A DNA stretch of 64,000 bases, taken from Malacoraja senta (lineage: Eukaryota). The stretch is taken from NCBI GenBank assembly GCA_038087875.1, contig CM075987.1, forward strand, positions 21,082,001 to 21,146,000. The letters run 5' to 3'. Position numbers and translations under genes: made by a program. Shown here one piece after another: positions 51,746 through 64,000 of the stretch; the stretch's first letter is position 1; the number at the start of each line of letters is the position of its first letter. The notes below the pieces were generated by a model, which made no database searches, had not been told where the DNA came from, and saw nothing but the letters and a program-made list of their open reading frames with translations.

Positions 51746-52399
51746 TATTTTATCATTGACCATAAGATTGCATATCCAGCTGATCCACTTGTCTGAGGTG
51801 TACCATCTTGCTGTGCTCACCACGAATTAGGCTTCATTAAACGCTGGACGTGCTTCCTGTTGGAATCAGATTAGGACCAACTTGAAATGCACAAGTATGG
51901 AGTAAAACAGTTGGAAACAATCCATTGTGATAAATTCAAGGTTGTCATATAACTGGCACACTCAAGGATTGTGCTGAACGATTTGTTCAATTCTGTAAAC
52001 AACAGTTATTTTGTTACTGAGGCAATAATCTAACTGAGCTCATTCCAACTTTGGTAGTGGCGTGTTTGCCTGGATAATTGTTTGATGAACAATAATGTAA
52101 TATAAATTTGTTCAGTGAGGTTAAAACTGCATGGTTTTCCATAACATAGAAATACTTTTAGTAATCTTGGTAACCATTTAGCCCAACATATTCATGCCAG
52201 GCACAAAAAAAAGTTTGGAATAATATCAATTCGCAACTCTTTTGGTCTTTCAGCTCATTCCTTGTGTGTGCCAGTTTTGTGATGACCTTGAATTTATTAC
52301 AATGAATTATTTAGAACCTTTTTTCCACACTGGTTGGTTATGGCACATTAAGTGCGCCTCCCTGCACTTTTTAAATGTAATGAACCTTGGGGTTGATGA

Positions 52400-55300
52400 T
52401 CTCTTGCTTGTAGGGGATAGTATTATTCGGGGGGTAGATAAGGTTCTCTGTGGCCAGCAGAACATGTCCCGAAGGCTGTGTTGCCTACCCGGTGCTAGGG
52501 TTAAGGATATCTCTGCGATGCTGGAGAGAAATTTGCAGGGGGAGGGGGAGGATCCAGTGGTCGTGGTCCATGTTGGGACCAATGACATAGGAAGGACGAG
52601 GAAGGAGGATCTGCTGAAGGAGTTTGAGCAGTTAGGGAATAAATTAAAAAGCAGAACCTCGAGGGTACTGATCTCCGGATTGCTACCTGAGCCACGGGCC
52701 AAATCGGCGAGAGTACGTAAAATTAAAAAGCTGAATGCGTGGCTAAAAGACTGGTGTGGGAATAATGGGTTTGGTTTCTTGGGCCACTGGCACCAGTACT
52801 GGGACAGGGGGGATCTGTTCTGTAAGGACGGACTTCACCTGAACGGTGCTGGGACTGGGGTCCTGGCAAATCATATAACTAGGGCAGTAGAGAGGTGTTT
52901 AAACTAAGTAGCGGGGGGAGGTATCAAGGGTGGTAATAACGGCAGGGGTAGAGGAAATAGAGCAGGGTATCAGTGGGGAAACGGAAAATCAAAATGTGAC
53001 AGGAGGATTCAGAATGTGTGAAGATAAAGCTCTAGATGTAAAAGAGGCAAAAACAGAAAGGAAGGGTAGTAAAAATCATCTGAAAGTGCTGTATCTAAAT
53101 GCACGGAGTATTCGAAATAAGATAAATGAATTAACGGTGCAATTAAGTGTATATAGTTATGATATCGTGGCCATTACGGAGACATGGCTGCAAGGGGATC
53201 AGGACTGGGAGTTAAATATAGAGGGGTACTCGACAATTAGAAAAAATAGACAGAAAAGAAAGGGAGGAGGGGTGGCCCTTTTAATAAGGGAGGGAATAAC
53301 GGCAATAGAGAGGAAGGATATTGCGTTGAAGGATCAGGATAGTGAAACAGCTTGGGTACAGATAGAGAATAACAAGGGGAAAAAAACACTGGTGGGTGTA
53401 ATTTATAGACCTCCAAATAGCTGTGACGCTGTTAGTCAGAACATAAATCTGCAAATAGTTGACGCATGTAAAAAGGGAACTGCTGTAATCATGGGGGACT
53501 TCAATTTTCATATTAATTGGGCAAACCAAACTGGGCAGGGTAAACTAGAAGAAGAGTTTATAGAATGTATTAGAGACGGGTTCCTAGAACAGTATGTCAC
53601 AGAACCGACAAGGGGGGAGGCAATCTTGGATCTGGTCCTGTGTAATGAAGTAGGATTAATTAAAAATGTCATAGTTAGGGACTCGTTGGGAACAAGTGAC
53701 CACAATATGGTCGAATTCCATATTCAAATAGAAGGGGAGCAGGTTGAAACTCAGGCTAGGGTACTTAGTCTAAATAAGGGGGATTATGAAGGTATGAGGA
53801 CTGAGCTGATCAAAGTTGACTGGGATAGCAGACTCAAGAATAAGACGGTACATGAGCAGTGGTGTACGTTTAAGGATCTACTGTATAACCTTCAAGAAAA
53901 ATTTATTCCTATGAAGAAAAAAAGGGGTAAGGGTAAGAACAGGCAGCCATGGCTCAGTAAAACTATAAAGGATAGTATTCGGCTGAAGGCAAGGGCATAT
54001 AAGGTAGCCAGAGATAGTGGGAGGGTAGAGGATGGGAAGCATTTAAAGGTCAGCAAAAAATAACTAAGAGATTAATTTAAGACGGGGAAAATAGACTATG
54101 AAAGGAATTTAGCGAACACATAAAAACTAATAGTAAGAGTTTTTATAGCTATATAAAAAGAAAAAGGGTGGCTAAGGTGAACGTTGGTCCATTGGAGGGT
54201 GAGACTGGAGAGTTGTTGGTGGGGAACATGGAAATGGCAAAGGCATTAAACGAGTATTTTGTATCAGTCTTCACCATAGAAGACACAAAAATATTCCAAC
54301 GCTGGATAAACAGGGGGAGGTAGGAATGGAGCTAATACTATTAAGATCACCAAGGAGGTGGTATTAGGGAAATTAATGGGACTGAAGGAGGATAAATCCC
54401 CTGGGCCTGATGGATTACATCCAAGGGTTTTGAGGGAGATAGCGGGTGGGGATTGTGGATGCATTGGTGATAATTTTCAAAACTCCCTGGAGGCAGGAAC
54501 GGTCCCAGTGGATTGGAAATTGGCCAATGTAACACCTATATTTAAAAAGGAAGTAAACAGAAGGCGGGTAACTATAGACCGGTTAGTCTAACATCGGTGG
54601 TGGGTAAAATGTTAGAGACAATTATTAAAGAAACACTAACGGGGCACTTGGATAGACATGACTTCATCGGACAGAACCAGCATGGTTTTGTGAAGGGGAA
54701 GTCCTGTTTAACAAATCTGCTTTGAATTCTTTGAGAAGTAACAACCCGGGTGGATAAAGGGGAACCGGTGGATGTGGTATACTTGGACTTCCAAAAGGCT
54801 TTTGACAAGGTGCCACATAAGAGACTATTGCTAAAAATAAAAAATTATGGGATTGGGGGTAATATATTAGCATGGGTAGAGGATTGGCTAACAAATAGGA
54901 AGCAGAGAGTGGGGATAATGGTTCATATTCGGGATGGCAACCGGTAACTAGCGGGGTTCCGCAAGGGTCGGTGCTGGGACCCCAGTTGTTCACAATTTAT
55001 ATAAATGATTTGGAGGAGGGAACCAAGTGTAATATATCAAAATTTGCGGACGATACAAAAATGGGAAGAAAAGTAGGGGATGAGGAGGATAGGAAGAGTC
55101 TGCAAAAGGATATAGATAAGCTAGGTGAGTGGGCAACAACTTGGCAGATGAAATTTAATACTAATAAATGTGAAGTCATACACTTTGGGAAAAAAAATGA
55201 TAGGGCAAGTTATTTTCTAAATGAGGAGGAGCTGCGCTGTAATGCAACGCAAAGGGATCTAGGGGTAGTAGTACATGAATCACTAAAAGTTAGTATGCAG

Positions 55301-56213
55301 GTGCAGCAAGCTATCAGGAAGGCCAATGGAGTTTTGGCCTTTATTGCTAGGGGGATTGAGTATAAAAACACGGAGGTCTTGCTGCAGCTGTACACAGTAT
55401 TAGTGAGACCACATTTGGAATACTGTGTACAGTTCTGGGGTCCATACTTAAGAAAGGATGTACTGGCCCTAGAGGCAGTGCAGCGAAGGTTTACAAGATT
55501 ATATTCCTGCAATGAGGGGATTGACATATGAGGAAAGGTTAAGTAGGCTGGAACTCTACTCTTTGGAGTTTAGAAGAATGAGAGGCGATCTCATTGAAAC
55601 ATATAAGATCGTGAGGGGCCTTGATCGGGTGGATGCACCGAGGATGTTCCCAATGATCGGGGAAACTAGAACCAGGGGACATAGTTGTAGAATAAGGGGG
55701 GGCTCTTTTAAAACTGAGATGAGGAAGAACTTCTTCACCCAGAGGGTGGTTCATTTATGGAATTCACTGCCCCAGGGAGCAGTGGAAGCAGAAACATTAA
55801 ATATATTTAAGTCTAAAATAGATGGTTTTTTAGCTGCCAAGGGGATAAGGGGCTACGGGGAGAGGGCAGGGATATGGACCTAGGTAAGGTTAGTATAGTA
55901 AGACCTGAGTGATCTCCTGGACAAGTGTCGATCGCCTGGATTGGGGTCGGAGAGGAATTCCCGGATTTTTTCCCCGAATTGGACCTGGGTTTTTATCCGT
56001 TTTTTGCCTCCCCCAGGAGATCACTCGGTTCTTGGGGTGGAGAGGGGTGATAGCGCTATAAAGGGGAGGGTAGTGTCTTGTGTCTACTGTTTGTGGGTGG
56101 GGGTGTTTGTTTGTTTGGTGTTCAGCCATGAGCGAATGGCGGTGCGGGCTCGATGGACCTGGTGGTCTGCTCTCGCACCTACTTTCTATGATTCTATGAT
56201 TCTATGATTCTAT
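52400..56213 (+). mobile_element. Long young CR1 LINE: ORF1 SGNH esterase, ORF2 APE-RT (frameshifted), extended 3' UTR, (TTCTATGA)n tail
   Basis: ORF1 GDSIIR, CLPGA, HVGTND, DGLHLN (stop 52907). ORF2 NARSI, ITETWL, YRPP, GDFN, SDH, PGPDG, FQKAFD, PQGSVLGP, FADDTK (stop 55883). Tail 56183-56213. Confidence 0.93.
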
Positions 56214-57351
56214 AGATCTGAGATGACTGATGACGTCAGTATGGATCCACACACTGAACCAGAGATGAGGACAGGAGATCTCAGTGGAGCAACTGAGTGA
56301 AAAGTGTGGTAGGTGGTGTGTTTCGTCCACCACTTGTGCTGGGCCTTTCTGTGCATCTGATGAAGCAACTTGATGTTTTCAGTACTATCGTGCACCCACT
56401 TTCATTTTGTGTTGTCTTGTGCCAGGAATCCACACAAGTCAGTGGGGATGATTCAAATTTTCAAGGATAAAAATGATTTGGAGATTCTTGACCAAAAATC
56501 AAAGGGCTGGAGGAACTGAGTGGGTTAGCAGCATGTATGGGAGGAATAGACCGATGACATTTTGGGTCGGGAACCTTCTTCAGGCTGTGCTCCTAGAAAC
56601 CAGTCCTTATCACGATTTCCATAACATGAAGCTGCATCATCGGTGCAAGTGTCAAGAAACATGAATTGAAGAAAATAGTTTTTTTCTGATACGTGTTGAT
56701 ACTAACCCGAGGTTACCACTGGCTTAAACCCTTCCTCATGAGACTAGCAAACCTTCTGTACAAATGTATTGGTCCCAGCACTGTTGAACTGTGAAACATG
56801 CAGGCCCCACCTCCCAAGGACTGGTCTTGGTGGATTGAGAATCCGAGGCCCTCTCCATAGGTTCTCATTCATTAGCACCAATCTCTATTTTATCCTTAGG
56901 TAAATGGTAGTGGTAGATTTCAAGCTGCTTTTTCATCAATTTCTTGCTTCTTGTATAGAAGGATTTTATTCTCTTTCTGCCTCTTTGTACCATTATGCAG
57001 CACAACCTCTTAGGCTGTGGGCCGAGCATCAAAAATGTGTCTAGAATCCAGTTTTCGTGACCCAAGTCACCAAACTACATGACATTTTCCACAGATTTAG
57101 ATGAAATATAAGTGAGAAGGATGTCATAACTCGTCATTGCCAAAAGCTGCACATTAATTAATTAAACTAATTAGAAAATAAGATCGGGAGAGTAAGCGCC
57201 ATCTAGTGGCCAATGCCCATATTACACCATGGGCAGCCTATTTCCGTGTTGCAGTCCATTTAAACTATATATGATTATACCTATATATATATATATATGT
57301 AGTTCATGTACTTCATGAATGAATGAGTGAATGAACGAGTGAGTGAGTGAA

Positions 57352-58150
57352 TTGTTGTTGTTGTATTCAATTTATTGTCATCTCATTTTAGAGACAACGA
57401 AATGGATTTTCATTACAGTCAAGTAACATAAAAATAAATAATAAATAAATAAACATTTTTTTTTTAAAGCACAAACACAGAAGGTCCACACACAACATGA
57501 CTGTTGGGCGTTGGGAGCTCCGCGAAACACAGCTCCGCGCTGTCGGTGCAGCAAGCCCAGCACTCCGGAGCTCCCAACGCGGGTGGCGCTGACCAACATC
57601 GCGGAGTCCTGCGACTCCACCCGGCTCGGCCTGCGGACTCTGGTGGCTGATCTGGAGGTCCGGGCCGCTGAGGATGTTCTCCGTCGGGGTTCGGCGTCGG
57701 GGTTCCACCGTTCCCGGCGAGAGGGCCTGGACCTCCAGATCAGTCACCTCCCACCGGAGTCCGCAGGCCGAGCCGGGTGGAGTCGCAGGACTCCGCGATG
57801 TTGGTCAGCGCCGCCCGCGTTGGGAGCTCCGCGAACCACTGCTCCGCGCTGTCGGTGCAGCTGGCCCAGCACCCCGGAGCTCCAAACGGCGATCCCCGGT
57901 AAGGCATCGCCCGACCCGCGATGTTTCCAACGTTGTGCCGCTGCTGCCGGAGCGGGGGGGAGGGTGAGGACGCGACTTGAATAATAGTCGCATCCTCTCA
58001 AGGAAGCGACTGAAGGACGGTATCCCCCTTATCGTACCCTCTTCCCCCACATAAAAACATTTTTTTTTAAACCACAAAAAACGTTCTTCAAACATAACAA
58101 AAACATAACAAAAAGATACCGGACTGAAGACGGAGGCAGCTAGCAACAGG
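57352..58150 (-). mobile_element. GC/CpG-rich SINE-like retroposon nested in the TIR element
   Basis: Minus 3' end atttcgttgtctctaaaatgagatgacaataaa + (aac)n. The body contains internal direct and inverted duplications. Flanked on both sides by tgaa/tgag repeats. Confidence 0.7.
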
Positions 58151-58154
58151 TGAA

Positions 58155-58280
58155 TGTATGAATGAGTGTATGAATGAGTGTATGAATGAGTGTATGAATG
58201 AGTGTATGAATGAGTGTATGAATGAGTGTATGAATGAGTGTATGAATGAGTGTATGAATGATTGAATGAATGAGTGAATG
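58155..58280. repeat. 12-bp tandem repeat (TATGAATGAGTG)n
   Basis: About 8-9 perfect units. Confidence 0.97.
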
Positions 58281-59684
58281 TACAGCCTCCAAATCTCATT
58301 TTTTCACATTATAAAGGTGCAATTAAATTAATTAAAGTGCATACAGATTAATTTTCATAAATTCAGACTTTAGATCTTACCTTTTCAGTTCCAGTTGATT
58401 CACAAAGTTTGACTGCAGCACCTCAGGCAGGGACATTGCTTTCAAGACTTTATTCCACTTAGCTGCACATTCTTCAGACTTCTTCATGCTTTTCTCACTA
58501 AATTCAATTACCCTGCTGCTAGTTTCCACGACATGTATTCCACAGAGCTAGAAAAAATCTTCATCTGAATCTCCAGTAAAACAGGCATCAGCCCTCTCAG
58601 TGCTCCCTGCCTAGCTAGCCTGAAACAAAGCGCGTGATTGGCCGACTGGCATACAACTCAATGTTAAACGTGCTTTGATTGGACTAAAAATACCCCCAAA
58701 TTTTCAGTTTTTTCTCTAATTTAATGAAAATGTGCAAGTCTTGTTCATAACGAGTTTCAGGGGTGATTTGTATGATTTTTTTACACCATATGTGAAAATA
58801 TCATGTAGTTTGGTGACTTGGGTCACGAAACACTGGAATAAAGCTCCTCGGCCCACAGCCTATCTGGTTTCATCCTCTCACTTCAGCCTATTCTGCATCC
58901 TGTGTTCTTGATCCTGGTGCCAAGAAGGCAACCTACCAACCTGCCATGTGTATCTATCTATCTATCTATCTATTATAAAACTCTGTGGCTGCCATCCGTC
59001 CGGCGTCAAAATTCCCCTTTGATACCGCCCTTTGGCTGCCATCCGTCCGGCGTCAAAATTCCCCTTTGATACCGCCCTAGGCCCACACAGCACGCGGAAA
59101 CGCCGATATTTTTTACCATTTCTAAACAGATTACATTTATCTTTACGAATAGCCACTCCTGATTAAATTTGGTCGTGTTTATGTACACTTTTTAAAATAA
59201 AATACTTCTCCCCCCCCCCCCCAAACATTACAAAATGTTTTTAAAAAACAGCTCATCCATAGAATGTTAGTAAAGATTCCGTTGTGTGATGTCACAATGC
59301 CCGATGCTCACAGATGTCCAATCGGAATTAAACCATTTACATATGCCTTTGCAGCAGCCCCAGCACCAGCACCTCCCCCACAACCCTACAGCCTGTGTCG
59401 AAGGGCGTCGTCACGTGTGTGGGGGTGATAGGGAATGGGGAAATTTCAAAATGTTAAAAAATAAGCTCTCAGCAATAGAATGTTAATGAAGGTTCCGTTT
59501 TGTGATGTCACAATGCACAATGCTCACAGATGACAAATCGGAATGGATCAATTTACATATGCCTTTGCAGCAGCCACAGAACCAGCCCCTCCCCCCCACC
59601 CCCGCAGCCTGTGTCGAAGGGCGGCGTCACGTGTGTGGGAATAGAGAAAGAGGATTGGGGCTGATAGGGAATGGGGAACAGATG

Positions 59685-60455
59685 GACTGTCCCTACCCCT
59701 CCTACTTCCACTCTCCCTCCCCCACCTCTCTCCTCTCCCCCTCCCTCCCCTCCCTCTCTTCCCTCTACTCCACTCCCCTTCCCCTCATCCCCTCTCTCCA
59801 CCTCTAACATCCCCACCCCCACTCTCCCCCCTTCCTGCCCTCCCTGCTCTCCTACCACTTCCCACTCTGCTCCCCCTCCCTCTCCCCCACCCTGCTCTCT
59901 TCTCACTCACCAATCTCTCCCCTTTCCTCCTCCCCCTCTCCGCCTCTCCTCTTCTCTCCCCACCCTGTCTCCCTCTCCCCTCTTCTCTCCCCACCCGGAC
60001 TGTCCCTACCCCTCCTACTTCCACTCTCCCTCCCCACTCTTCCCCCTCTCTCCTCTCCCCCTCCCTCCCCTCCCACCCCCTCTCTTACCCCTCCACCACC
60101 CCTCTTCACCCCCATCTCCCCCCCACCCCCTTCCACTCTCTCTTGCACCACTCCCCGCAACCCCTCACTCCCAACTCTTCCCATCTCCCTCCCCCACCTC
60201 TCTCCCTCCCCCCTCCCTCTTCCACCTACTCCTCTCCCCTTCCCCTCATCCCCCCTCTCCACCTCTAACATCCCCTCCCCCCCTCTCCCCCCTTCCTGCC
60301 CTCCCCGCTCTCCTCCCACTCCCCACTCTCCTCCCCCTCCCTCTCCCCACCCTACTCTCTTCAACCTCACCAATCTCTCCCATTTCCTCCTCCCCCTCTA
60401 CCCTCCCTCCCCCTCTCCTCTTCTCTCCACACCCCGTCTTCCTCTACCCCCTCCC
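59685..60455. repeat. Polypyrimidine (C-rich) low-complexity tract with internal duplication
   Basis: ggactgtccctacccctcctacttccactctccctcccc occurs at ~59684 and ~59997. Confidence 0.9.
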
Positions 60456-60559
60456 GCTGAGTGTGTTTGGGGGGTGGTTAGTGTGTGTGATGCCGCAGCC
60501 CCCCCCCCTCCCGCAAACGCGCGTTGGGAAAACAGCCCACCAACAGTCTCTCTGTCTTT

Positions 60560-60775
60560 AAGAAGGAACTGCAGATGCTGGAAAATCAAAGGTACACAAA
60601 AAAAAGCTGTATAACCTCAGCGGGTGCAGCAGCATGTATGGCTCGACGGAAATAGGCAACGTTTCAGGAAAAAAAAATCTGAGATTGGCTTCGTTCCAGA
60701 ACGTTGCCTATTTCAGTCGCGCCATACATGCTGCTGCACACGCTGTGGTTTCTCCAGCTTTTTTTTGTATACCAG
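60560..60775. mobile_element. Fold-back pair of Penelope-type units inside the Helitron
   Basis: cagcgggtgcagcagcatgtatggctcgacggaaataggcaacgtt is mirrored by aacgttgcctatttcagtcgcgccatacatgctgctgcacacgctg. Confidence 0.75.
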
Positions 60776-63234
60776 TCTCTCTGTCTCTCCACTCTCTCTC
60801 TCTCTCTCTCTGCCCTTCTCTCTTCACAGCCCGCGGCTCGACTCATGCACTCCCGCTCCAACCCCCCCTTCACCTTTCTCCCCCATCCTCTCCTTCCTCT
60901 CTACACCCCTCTCCTCTCTCCCCCTCCTCTCTCCCCACCTTTCTCTCCCCCTCTCCTCCATCCCTCTTCAAATTTTTAACATTAAATTTTGTCTCTCTGC
61001 CCCCCCCCCTCTAGACACACCTGAGAGGTGAGGACTATTCATCAGTGGATAGGGTGGAGATGGGATAAAAGAAGCAAATAAAAAAATTAATGTAATATCA
61101 AACGGGTGTGATGAGTGTGTGTGTTTGTGGGTGCAGGATTCCGTGCTTTGGAGGAAAGGGGGTGGTTAGTGTGACGCCACAGCCCCTCCCCCCCCCCCCC
61201 CCCCCCCCCCGCAAACGCACGTTCGGTGTCCAGACCCAACGGGTCTGCACTTGGTCTAGTATACTATTAAAAGTCTTGACTTTGTCTGTCTGATCTCAGG
61301 AGCTATGCCAAAACGTGTACATGGTAGCATGAACATTTTTGCATGATCAGCTTTTTCCCGTGGTCGTTAGTATCGTTTCTTCACACTTGATGTTATAGTT
61401 GGCTGTCAGTTGGCTGCTCTGTCAGATAACTTGGATGTTAGTTTATTGTATGCTGTGGTTGCAAGATAGTCAATTTTAATGTACCTCTCTTTCCAAACAG
61501 CTTTTGACAACAAATATCCTTTTGCCTCAGTGAAATATAAATATTCACATCCACAACCCACATGAGAAACCTCCAATCTAAATTATGGACTTGTGCATTA
61601 TTTATGAATAATATTGCAGCATTATTCAGCGTAGCTGGTTACTGGAATGCTTCTTGCCCTAATGCCATCGGGAGCCTGTAATTTGCTAAAAACCAAAGGA
61701 TGTTCGTGTTACTCATGCTTCCCTGAACAAATTTGTCGTTTTTAAATATTTACAATGCTAGTGAGTCACAGTGCCTGAAATATAAATCCAACTCTATAAA
61801 AATTTGCTTTATCTATGTGGACTTAATCTTCTTTAACTATTCTCTACTTAAGTAATTCCCAATGTAACGGTTATCCCTTTAGATGGAAATTAAATCCTAT
61901 GTCATGTGAAATGTTAAATTGTGTTCCGTGACACAATCTACATTGAATTCAAAATATAATGCATACTATGCAACAAGTATCTAAGCAGTGCCTTGAGAAT
62001 GAAATATTTAAAGAAGAGTTTTATTGCACTTTCACATTTATACAGATAATTCTGACTTGAAAGTATGGAGAACATGCCACAGAGATGTTAAAAATTCAAT
62101 TGGATTGTTTTTAGTTGTTTTTCAAATCTGAGAAGGGAGATGAGGAAATTTAGAAAATAAATTCCTTTCTTTATGGTCTTGGAATATGATGGTGCAATCA
62201 CCAATGGAGGAGAAATTAAATGCACAGATAAGCCTGAATTACAGGAGCCTGGAATCTGAGGTCATCAAACTGGAAACTATTGAGGCCATCCAGTGATGAT
62301 GATGAGGATGACTGATATACCAACATTAAGCGTCAGGAGGCTGTTGAGGTTGGAAATAGTCATTGTGGTGGAGATGTACAGTTGGTACAGAGTTCATCTT
62401 GGAGCTGACGTGATATCAAGGTTGCAAATAGCTTGGTTCAATTTCGAGTGGTTGCAAGGAAAAGGTATGCTTTTGGAAGTTTGATGTATGCCATAGGTTT
62501 CTGAGGTTGCTCTCAGTCTTCCTCGTGTTTTGAACGTGGAAATTGCTGCTCATTTTGTTCATGTTGTTGGAAAAGCCATCTAATAATTTGCTGTGTGTCG
62601 AGGTGAAAAGAGGTGGCAGTGAAGTTGAGCAGGCTCAGTGTCCATGTACATATCAATGCAGTGGTTTCTGCTAGGAAGAAGTTCTGTTCTCAGCTAAGTG
62701 ACAGCCTCATGCATCACAAAAAAGCTTACGGCATTTGTATCAAGGATATTTTGGCTCAATGTTTTCAGTGTGCTTAAAAGGTACTAAATGCTCATAACAG
62801 AATGTACTGTTGTAAAAAAGAGTCAACATACTTTCTGGAATCCAGTCAATTGTTACTGAAAGTTATTAAATTATATAAACTTTTATTTTAGAGGATAAAC
62901 CTGGCTGATTGGGCATTGGGTTAGGCTGACCTGTGCTTTAGGATCTTGCATTAATGTTGTTTTCCATTGTAGCAATACGCAGATTAACATTAACCAATAT
63001 GAGAACTCTGTGAAATATGAATGGTAGAAATATAATTTTGCACCCGTCTGTGGTTAGATTTTTGTATTTAGAACAATCTAACCTGTTTGTTTTTGTTTCT
63101 GGGAAGGCCTTGAGAGAGTAAGAGAGAGATTTATTAAAAGGATTTAGCAAGCAATTCCTAATGCATAAATCATCCTGCAATAAATTTATTGCTGTCAAAG
63201 GCTAAGAAGATTGGAAATATTCAACTGGTCAGTC

Positions 63235-63575
63235 ACATCTGAAGAAAGGTCATCGTGTGGAAATATTAACTGTTTCTCTCTCTATACATACTGCCCAACC
63301 TGATGTGTATTTAAAGACATTTGAGTTCTTACTTGCCCTTGATACATATTTGCCATTCAGTCTCTCAAATCTTTATTCCCATTCTGTTCAATTGGAATGA
63401 TTTGTATCTCCGTTCTATTTTCCTGTCTTGGCTCCAAATCTAGAATTTTCAATTAACCCACTGTCCTGAACCTCTTCCGTTAGCAGAGGGAGGCTACATG
63501 CAAACGGGAAGAACAGCGCCTCATATTCCACTTGGGTAGCTTACAATTCAACAGTATGAACATTGAATTCTACAG
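63235..63575 (+). mobile_element. Degraded Penelope fragments (terminal unit and GIY-YIG C-terminus)
   Basis: ctgaagaaaggtc...gaaatatt at 63239; gaacagcgcctcatattccacttgggtagcttaca...atgaacattgaattc (EQRLIFHLGSL...MNIEF) at 63510-63570. Confidence 0.65.
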
Positions 63576-64000
63576 TTAGTTGGTGTGCCGATGTGGTTAA
63601 CAGTCATAAAAGACCATTTTGGCCAATTGCATTTATGGCCATGCTGCTGTAAACACAAATCCACCTCTGTAGCAGATTTTGCCATCAAACTTAATTTAAT
63701 CTGCCAAAAGTAGTTTGAGGGCACTGGATTAATTTAAGAAAAAGGCTTGAATGTTATCTCTGCTTCTGATATTGGGAAAATTAGCTTCTTTTGGGTCAGT
63801 GAAATTTTTTTATTAGCAGATTTGTAGTTTAATGCACCTCATAACTCATTAAGGCATGAGGGGGAAGGAAGTGGGTGAATGGTTGGGAATTAGCCCCGAG
63901 TAGCAACTGTGTGAGGGTTGTTGGACAATGGTATGGGCATAGCTCTTGTTATCCTTTCAGGCTTTACAATCATCTGTGTGAGAGGGAGGAAAAGAGAGCG

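Larger units (their letters stand above)
57011..58862. mobile_element. Non-autonomous DNA transposon, Academ-like (TAG...CTA termini, 3-bp TSD TCT, bipartite inverted repeats)
   Basis: TIR taggctgtgggccgag 57011-57026 / 58847-58862. Inner perfect 30-bp IR 57053-57082 / 58801-58830. tct at 57008-57010 and 58863-58865. Confidence 0.85.
56700..58945 (-). mobile_element. Ancient CR1 ORF1 (esterase) remnant interrupted by the TIR element
   Basis: Minus strand ggttgccttcttggcaccaggat (CLPGA-like) at 58910-58935 continues past the insertion into ccagaggttgtgctgcataatggtac (VVxHxGT-like). Confidence 0.55.
58953..61259 (+). mobile_element. Non-autonomous Helitron
   Basis: 5' A|TCTA...TCTATTATAAAA start; subterminal hairpin cagaccc-aac-gggtctg 61231-61247; CTAG|T end at 61256-61260. 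Internal 47-bp and ~215-bp duplications and a C/T-rich tract. Confidence 0.8.

Noticed and set aside
52242..52399. N-terminal part of the 221-aa ORF, suggesting a host-esterase fusion gene
   Set aside because: Flanking intron sequence that happens to be in frame with the truncated CR1 ORF1, and it starts at a non-ATG codon.
58155..58280. Regular repeats resembling a CRISPR array
   Set aside because: Head-to-tail 12-mer with no spacers, in a vertebrate context.
59553..60561. 296-aa proline-rich ORF and Gly/Glu/Arg-rich antisense ORFs
   Set aside because: Stop-free low-complexity C/T tract inside the Helitron; no domain or splice evidence.
42264..64000. Searched for ABL1 exon 1a (MLEICLKLVG-like) and exon 2 (EALQRP...)
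   Set aside because: Not seen, consistent with the very long first intron known for ABL1.

Overview
Vertebrate genomic DNA, most likely a cartilaginous fish. A skate or ray is inferred from the HE1/V-type SINE, DeuSINE, CR1 and Penelope repeat set. Two host genes are recognisable on the + strand: four coding exons of a FIBCD1 orthologue (6494-22521, equivalent to human exons 2-5) and the myristoylation exon 1b of ABL1 (42131-42263) behind a CpG-rich promoter. Everything after 42264 appears to be ABL1 intron 1. A 200-N gap (24134-24333) separates the two genes. The last two FIBCD1 exons were not found, and the gene orientation differs from human, which points to a flipped contig or an inversion. 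The rest is dense, nested transposable-element sequence: an L1 with an uninterrupted ORF2, a long young CR1 with an esterase ORF1, an invertebrate-like CR1-group LINE, Tx1, Rex/Babar, RTE and Tigger remnants, an Academ-like TIR element, a non-autonomous Helitron, GC-rich SINE-like elements and many Penelope-derived units. The Penelope consensus encodes a minimal hammerhead ribozyme and often occurs as fold-back pairs. Family names come from motif recognition only; no database searches were run.
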